DNA from: an uncultured virus (IMG/VR IMGVR_UViG_3300035698_010745)
Taxonomy: Duplodnaviria > Heunggongvirae > Uroviricota > Caudoviricetes
Virus record (IMG/VR): IMGVR_UViG_3300035698_010745
DNA: 64,000 nt
Direction: 5' to 3' (one strand)
The notes below the pieces were generated by a model, which saw only the letters and a program-made list of their open reading frames with translations, ran no database searches and was not told where the DNA came from. Both the position numbers and the translations under genes were made by a program. Below, in pieces: positions 59,488 through 64,000 of the stretch. The first letter of the stretch is position 1. Each line of letters begins with the position of its first letter.

Positions 59488-61161
59488 TCATTCCTTCTCC
59501 TCGGATTTGCGTGATTGTTTGAACCGGGACACAAATTGCAAGTTGCTCAACAAATCTCCATCCCGCTTGCGGCCCACAACAATAGCCAGTTTGAGCATGT
59601 TCTTGATATCGCGACCTGACAACCCCGGCAGCATCTTGACAATCTCTTCACGCTCTCCCGATGAAAGCGCGACCCCGTTCTGAGCCGCCAAGATGCGCCA
59701 CAGTTCCTTCTGCTCCGGCTCGCCGGGCATCTCATAAGTCAGCCGGGCGGTAAGCCTTGACACAATAGCGTCATCAACGATAGTGCCACGGTTGGTCGTC
59801 ATAAAGAGGACGCCCCGGTAGTACTCCAGCACCCGCAGGAACACGCCTACAATCGCGTTCTGGACGATGTCGCCGCCGCGCTCGTAGATGTACACGTCGG
59901 CCTCATCAATCAACAGGATGGCACCCCACCGGGCCGCACGTTCCAACACCTTGCCCAGTTGCTCTTCAAGGTCCTTGGGTCTTGTACCGAGCTGTGAACT
60001 CTGGACCTTGTACAACGGGCGCTGCATCACCTCCGAGTACACCTCGGCAGTCAGCGTCTTACCAATTCCCGGAGGCCCCTCAATAAGAACGATGGTCCCA
60101 CCACTCTTGCCCTGGATGATATCCTCAAACGTTTCGCCGGAGTGCTCCACGAGCGTCTCAATAAAATCCTTCACCTCGGACGGCAGCACCAGCTTGTCAC
60201 CCACCTTGAGGTCATAGACATAGGGCGTCATCGCATTGATGTGCGTCTTGTAATGCTCGTGCTCCGCAAGGTCAAACATGCGGATAACCGGGTGTACGGG
60301 CAGCTCCCACAAGGGGCTGTCGGTTTCGTCCAAGTCGTTGGACGGGGGGTTCCACAGCTCGCACTCAATAGCTCCCGAGTCGGACTCTCCGTCGCTGGGG
60401 TCCACAACCATCTTGGCAGGCATCCCATCCTGGCCAACGGGGCGGTATCCGGTATCGTACCATCCACCAATGAGGCAAGCCTTACCCGACACGGACATCT
60501 GGAAACCGTCAATGCTCGCGTACTTGCTCCACTTAGCGATTTCGCTCTCGTAAGATTCCATACGGGCTTCCGTTTCTAGATAGAAGCTTTGCGCCACCAG
60601 AATCTCGCTCATGGTCTTGCCACGAAAGTCTTCGGACTGAATTTTGAAGCTCTTTTTCTCTCCATCGCCCCCGTGCTGAGAGCGGGACGAACCACGACAA
60701 GAATAGCAACGCATCCCGACACGGACACAGGCAGGAACCCCGGCACGGGGATTCGCGGGTGTGTACCCAATGGACGTAACCATCCAAGGAACCATGTTGC
60801 CATCGGCACACTGCTCAAACACGTAACGATGCGGGGCTGTTCCGATGTATTCCCTCAGCGCAGCTTCCACGGCCTCCAGCTTAGTGACCACGCTACCGCC
60901 GGGGTTTGCCCTTAGCTCCATCCACTGCTTGACTTGCCCACGGGAGTTTGCCGCTCGGCGTTCCCCTCCCTTGGCTTTTTCGTCAAGGAAGTCGTGCAAA
61001 GCCTGTAGGGAGGTCTCAGAAAACGTGGACACCTCGACACGGAGCTTGCCCTTGACAGTCCTTCGGTATCCGCCATACTGGCTATTCATGCTATCGGCGT
61101 CTGCCTTGTCGATAACTTCGAGAACGGCATCAAGCCATTCCTCTGATACTAAGATTTTCAT
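59488..61161 (-). CDS. AAA+ ATPase
   Basis: GPPGIGKTLTAE, LLIDEAD, VFLRVLEYYRG and FMTTNR motifs. Confidence 0.88.
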   Translation of the reverse strand: MKILVSEEWLDAVLEVIDKADADSMNSQYGGYRRTVKGKLRVEVSTFSETSLQALHDFLDEKAKGGERRAANSRGQVKQWMELRANPGGSVVTKLEAVEAALREYIGTAPHRYVFEQCADGNMVPWMVTSIGYTPANPRAGVPACVRVGMRCYSCRGSSRSQHGGDGEKKSFKIQSEDFRGKTMSEILVAQSFYLETEARMESYESEIAKWSKYASIDGFQMSVSGKACLIGGWYDTGYRPVGQDGMPAKMVVDPSDGESDSGAIECELWNPPSNDLDETDSPLWELPVHPVIRMFDLAEHEHYKTHINAMTPYVYDLKVGDKLVLPSEVKDFIETLVEHSGETFEDIIQGKSGGTIVLIEGPPGIGKTLTAEVYSEVMQRPLYKVQSSQLGTRPKDLEEQLGKVLERAARWGAILLIDEADVYIYERGGDIVQNAIVGVFLRVLEYYRGVLFMTTNRGTIVDDAIVSRLTARLTYEMPGEPEQKELWRILAAQNGVALSSGEREEIVKMLPGLSGRDIKNMLKLAIVVGRKRDGDLLSNLQFVSRFKQSRKSEEKE

Positions 61162-61186
61162 GTAGCCCCTTTCACTTGCAATCTAT

Positions 61187-61213
61187 CATTGCGCAAGTGC
61201 TCCCGGATTCTGA
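61187..61213 (-). promoter_or_regulatory. class-1 phage promoter motif TCAGAAT-N14-GCAATG
   Basis: Exact match. Confidence 0.75.
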
Positions 61214-61215
61214 GA

Positions 61216-62031
61216 TTATATCAACCGTCTCGCTACTCCCTTGGCAATCTCGATACCGTCCAGGTATGGCTCCGGGTCACCCTCCCTCTTGACGAAAATG
61301 GGCCTTCCTTTCCAGATAGCCATCAGCCCCTTCTTTATGAGAGACCTGCGCCGGGACAACAATTCCTCACGCCGCCACGAGCCCTTCCACGCAGCCCTAC
61401 GCCCGAACCGGCGATGCAGAGTTGCCATCCCGTCAAGGTTGTCCTCACAAATATTGTTCCAAATATCGAACCATGCCACATCCCACTTACGGCCCTTGGG
61501 CGGCTTCCACTCAAAGATGTCGGACTCCACAATGTCCAGCCGGTCTCCATAGATGCCCTTCAAGTGGTCACCGACAAGGTGTATCACCTCCGGGGACATC
61601 TCAACGACGGTTACGCGGGTCACGTCCGGCTTGTTAAGGCAAGCCGCCGTCACCATGCCTATGCCCAGGCCCACGACAAGCACCTCACCTCTCGCCTTGA
61701 AAATCGGGTCCATGTGGTCGCGTATCTCGGAAGGCGTATCACTCATCACCGTAACACCGCCATGCGTGAGCATCGTATAGGTGCCCGGTTCGATATTCAT
61801 GCCCCTGCAAGAAAATGAAAACGAGGCTCGCATGTTCTGGAAAGAGGCATCGGCCTCGGAGACGGCAAACCGCTTAACAGTCCAGTCGCCCTCGGCACCC
61901 TCGGGTATATCCACTTTGTACTCTTCCCAATATTCTCTCATTACACTCATTACGTTGTCCTCACCCTGGCACATGCATTTTGCAAATAAGCACAGCTCGG
62001 TCACACCGAACACACTGCGCGTAGAGTTCAT
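61216..62031 (-). CDS. spermidine-synthase-like SAM-dependent methyltransferase fold protein
   Basis: VMSDTPSE, VLVVGLGIG, VTVVE and WFDIW motifs. Confidence 0.7.
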   Translation of the reverse strand: MNSTRSVFGVTELCLFAKCMCQGEDNVMSVMREYWEEYKVDIPEGAEGDWTVKRFAVSEADASFQNMRASFSFSCRGMNIEPGTYTMLTHGGVTVMSDTPSEIRDHMDPIFKARGEVLVVGLGIGMVTAACLNKPDVTRVTVVEMSPEVIHLVGDHLKGIYGDRLDIVESDIFEWKPPKGRKWDVAWFDIWNNICEDNLDGMATLHRRFGRRAAWKGSWRREELLSRRRSLIKKGLMAIWKGRPIFVKREGDPEPYLDGIEIAKGVARRLI

Positions 62032-62417
62032 CGTGTCTGGTACCCATGCCGTCTGTTGCGCCTCGCTCTATGTTGACATACGGCACTGCACCACGATGCC
62101 CGACAAAAGAGTGCCGACAGCCCGTCTCTGGGTCTCTCGCCACTCTCCGCAGCGTCCTGTTTGGGTGGTGGTTGGTGTTCTGCATTAGCTTGCCACCTGT
62201 TGGTCCGTGAGTTCCCGCACTGCATCCACATAGTCAGGATGTGGAGCACGGACGCGCAGCCTGTATGCCTTGTCTACTGCTCGCAGGAGTTGTCCCAGAA
62301 TCGTGGGATGAAAGCTTCGTAACGCTTCCGCAACCTTATCAACCTGATTGATATTCAATGCGCTTTGCAACTCAATCACCGTCGTGTTCCCGTCCATCAT
62401 ACGTCCTCCTACACATT

Positions 62418-62444
62418 CATTGCGCCATACGGTCAGGATTCTGA
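62418..62444 (-). promoter_or_regulatory. class-1 phage promoter motif TCAGAAT-N14-GCAATG
   Basis: Exact match. Confidence 0.75.
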
Positions 62445-63386
62445 ATCTTTCTCAACCTGGGCAGCCATCGCCTGCGGCCCAAGCAACTCGTCAATGCCCG
62501 GTATCTCTATCTCACACTCGCCATAAAACTCTTCCTGCCGGTATCCACGGAGCAACATGGATTCTCCGGGGTTCACAATCTTGCGGGCATCCTTCAAGGC
62601 TACAAAGTCTCCCTCCCACTCCTCATCAAACGAGCCCCGCAACCCCGACGCCTGTATCGACTTGCCAATCATGGAGTAAACCTCCCACTGTTGCCGGTCC
62701 TCGCCGCGCAACTCCTTGGTGATGTGGGCATTGATAGCCCGGCGTACCAGCGTTGCCTCGGACACCTTCCGGGGCTTGTGTTCCTTTGGTACGGACGGGT
62801 TAGCCTCAAGATGGGCCACGCGCTTCTCGTAGTACCGCGCTTTCTTCTGCCACTTCTTGAGCCGGTTTGTGGCCAGCCGTATCTGCCGCTCCATCTCGGC
62901 AACCTTAGCCTGGGCATGCTTGAGCCCAACCTCGGCCTTATCCATTGGGGTATCCTTGGGCTTGGGTTCGGTGGTCTTGTACGACAAGGACAACTTCTCG
63001 GCCTCGCTCCAGAACCGCTCACAATTCTTGAAGCCGTACCTGCCGGAGCCGCGCATCCACCGCTCCGTCTTCCACTTGGTGTGCTCCTTATTTGTCAGGT
63101 GCCGCAACTCATGCGCCACGAGGGATGCAAACTTGACCTTCTTGAGCCGGTCCGGTTTGGGAATGAGAATCTCTATGTGATACAAGCCACTCCACGCCGT
63201 ACCCGTATGCCACTTCTGGCTCGGTACGACCTCAACCGAAAGGCGCTTGCGCATGGCGGGCGTCCAGTCCTCCTGATTGGACACCCATGTGATAAACGCC
63301 CGCAGTTCCCGGCCATCATACTTCGTCTTGTTCACAAACTTCATTTGCCACCTCTTGGGGGGTTGTCCTCCATACGCCACGCCCAC
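62433..63386 (-). CDS. hypothetical protein with HExxH motif and coiled coil
   Basis: VAHELRH motif; basic coiled-coil region. Confidence 0.55.
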   Translation of the reverse strand: MGVAYGGQPPKRWQMKFVNKTKYDGRELRAFITWVSNQEDWTPAMRKRLSVEVVPSQKWHTGTAWSGLYHIEILIPKPDRLKKVKFASLVAHELRHLTNKEHTKWKTERWMRGSGRYGFKNCERFWSEAEKLSLSYKTTEPKPKDTPMDKAEVGLKHAQAKVAEMERQIRLATNRLKKWQKKARYYEKRVAHLEANPSVPKEHKPRKVSEATLVRRAINAHITKELRGEDRQQWEVYSMIGKSIQASGLRGSFDEEWEGDFVALKDARKIVNPGESMLLRGYRQEEFYGECEIEIPGIDELLGPQAMAAQVEKDSES

Positions 63387-63519
63387 TCACCATCTACGCG
63401 CCGGTACTTCTCTCCGCAATGCTGGCACGTCATCTTGTCGGCCACGGCTGCCGACCGGGACCGCTTGTTGCAGGCCGAGCAAATGAACACCACGATTTCA
63501 ATCTTGTCTGGTATCTTGC

Positions 63520-63816
63520 TCACAATCTCCCTCTCTTTACTCGCACCACCCTGCGCCGGGGATTGGCCTTGGCTTTCTCGCGAGCCTGCCTCTCGGCTTC
63601 CTTCTTGATGGCCTGTATGAAGGCCCACCCAATAGGTATGGAGTATGTCTTGTGCGTCCCCTTCTCCCGGAAGGTGATAACGTCACCTGGCTCCAGCCCC
63701 ACGATAATTTTCCGGCCACGATGGTCAAGGGACTTCACAGTCTGTCTATAGACCGTGCCACCCTTCCACTTACCATCCTTGCCGCGCCGGGCTCTCAATT
63801 CAGTGTACTTTGGCAT
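63520..63816 (-). CDS. small basic hypothetical protein
   Basis: ORF after a class-1 promoter and AAGGAG. Confidence 0.65.
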   Translation of the reverse strand: MPKYTELRARRGKDGKWKGGTVYRQTVKSLDHRGRKIIVGLEPGDVITFREKGTHKTYSIPIGWAFIQAIKKEAERQAREKAKANPRRRVVRVKRGRL

Positions 63817-63842
63817 CAGTTTACAATCTCCTTACACCCATT

Positions 63843-63869
63843 CATTGCACAAGAGGGCCTGGATTCTGA
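63843..63869 (-). promoter_or_regulatory. class-1 phage promoter motif TCAGAAT-N14-GCAATG
   Basis: Exact match, preceded by terminator AGGCCCGC/GCGGGCCT and a T-run. Confidence 0.75.
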
Positions 63870-64000
63870 AAAAAAAAGAAAGGCCCGCATTCATTAGCGG
63901 GCCTCTCATGGCTACTCAACCACCATCGGATTTCACCGAATATCTTAAAAATCCAATCAAAGTCTAAAAAGGGGCCGCGCCTATCAAGGTGGTTTCATGG

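Noticed and set aside
35758..63608. Long plus-strand ORFs (e.g. 35758-36801, 49073-50077, 53697-54794, 62691-63608)
   Set aside because: Antisense shadows of GC-rich minus-strand genes with recognisable motifs

Overview
Fragment of a large (jumbo-like) bacteriophage genome with almost all genes on the minus strand. It holds a virion/fibre-like repeat protein at the left end, long runs of small hypothetical genes, and DNA-metabolism and accessory enzymes: NAD- and ATP-type ligases, an NlaIII-like R-M pair plus a C5 methyltransferase, CobS/CobT-like AAA/VWA proteins, glycosyltransferases, a radical SAM enzyme, NADAR, a lysozyme and a C-type lectin. The highlight is a ~5.2 kb non-coding RNA operon (14.4-19.7 kb) with 15 tRNAs (5 Leu, 4 Ser, 2 Phe, 2 Asn, Cys, Tyr). 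It is preceded by a sigma70-like promoter and a 25-codon leader peptide with terminator/antiterminator hairpins. The leader's codons sample 14 of the 15 downstream tRNAs, which suggests a ribosome-based tRNA-depletion sensor that switches on a phage tRNA rescue operon. The operon also contains two YrlA-like Y RNAs, a bare circularly permuted tRNA-Ser domain, a 271-nt tRNA-like RNA with a giant variable arm, two HDV-like (theta-type) ribozymes at tRNA 3' ends with duplicated tRNA 3' ends, two unexplained structured RNAs and two endonuclease genes. A second locus (23.4-24.6 kb) has an amber (CUA) suppressor tRNA and an HNH gene nested between the halves of a split tRNA. A phage-specific bipartite motif TCAGAAT-N14-GCAATG occurs 19 times upstream of minus-strand genes. 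All calls were made by eye from sequence motifs; no database searches or folding programs were run.
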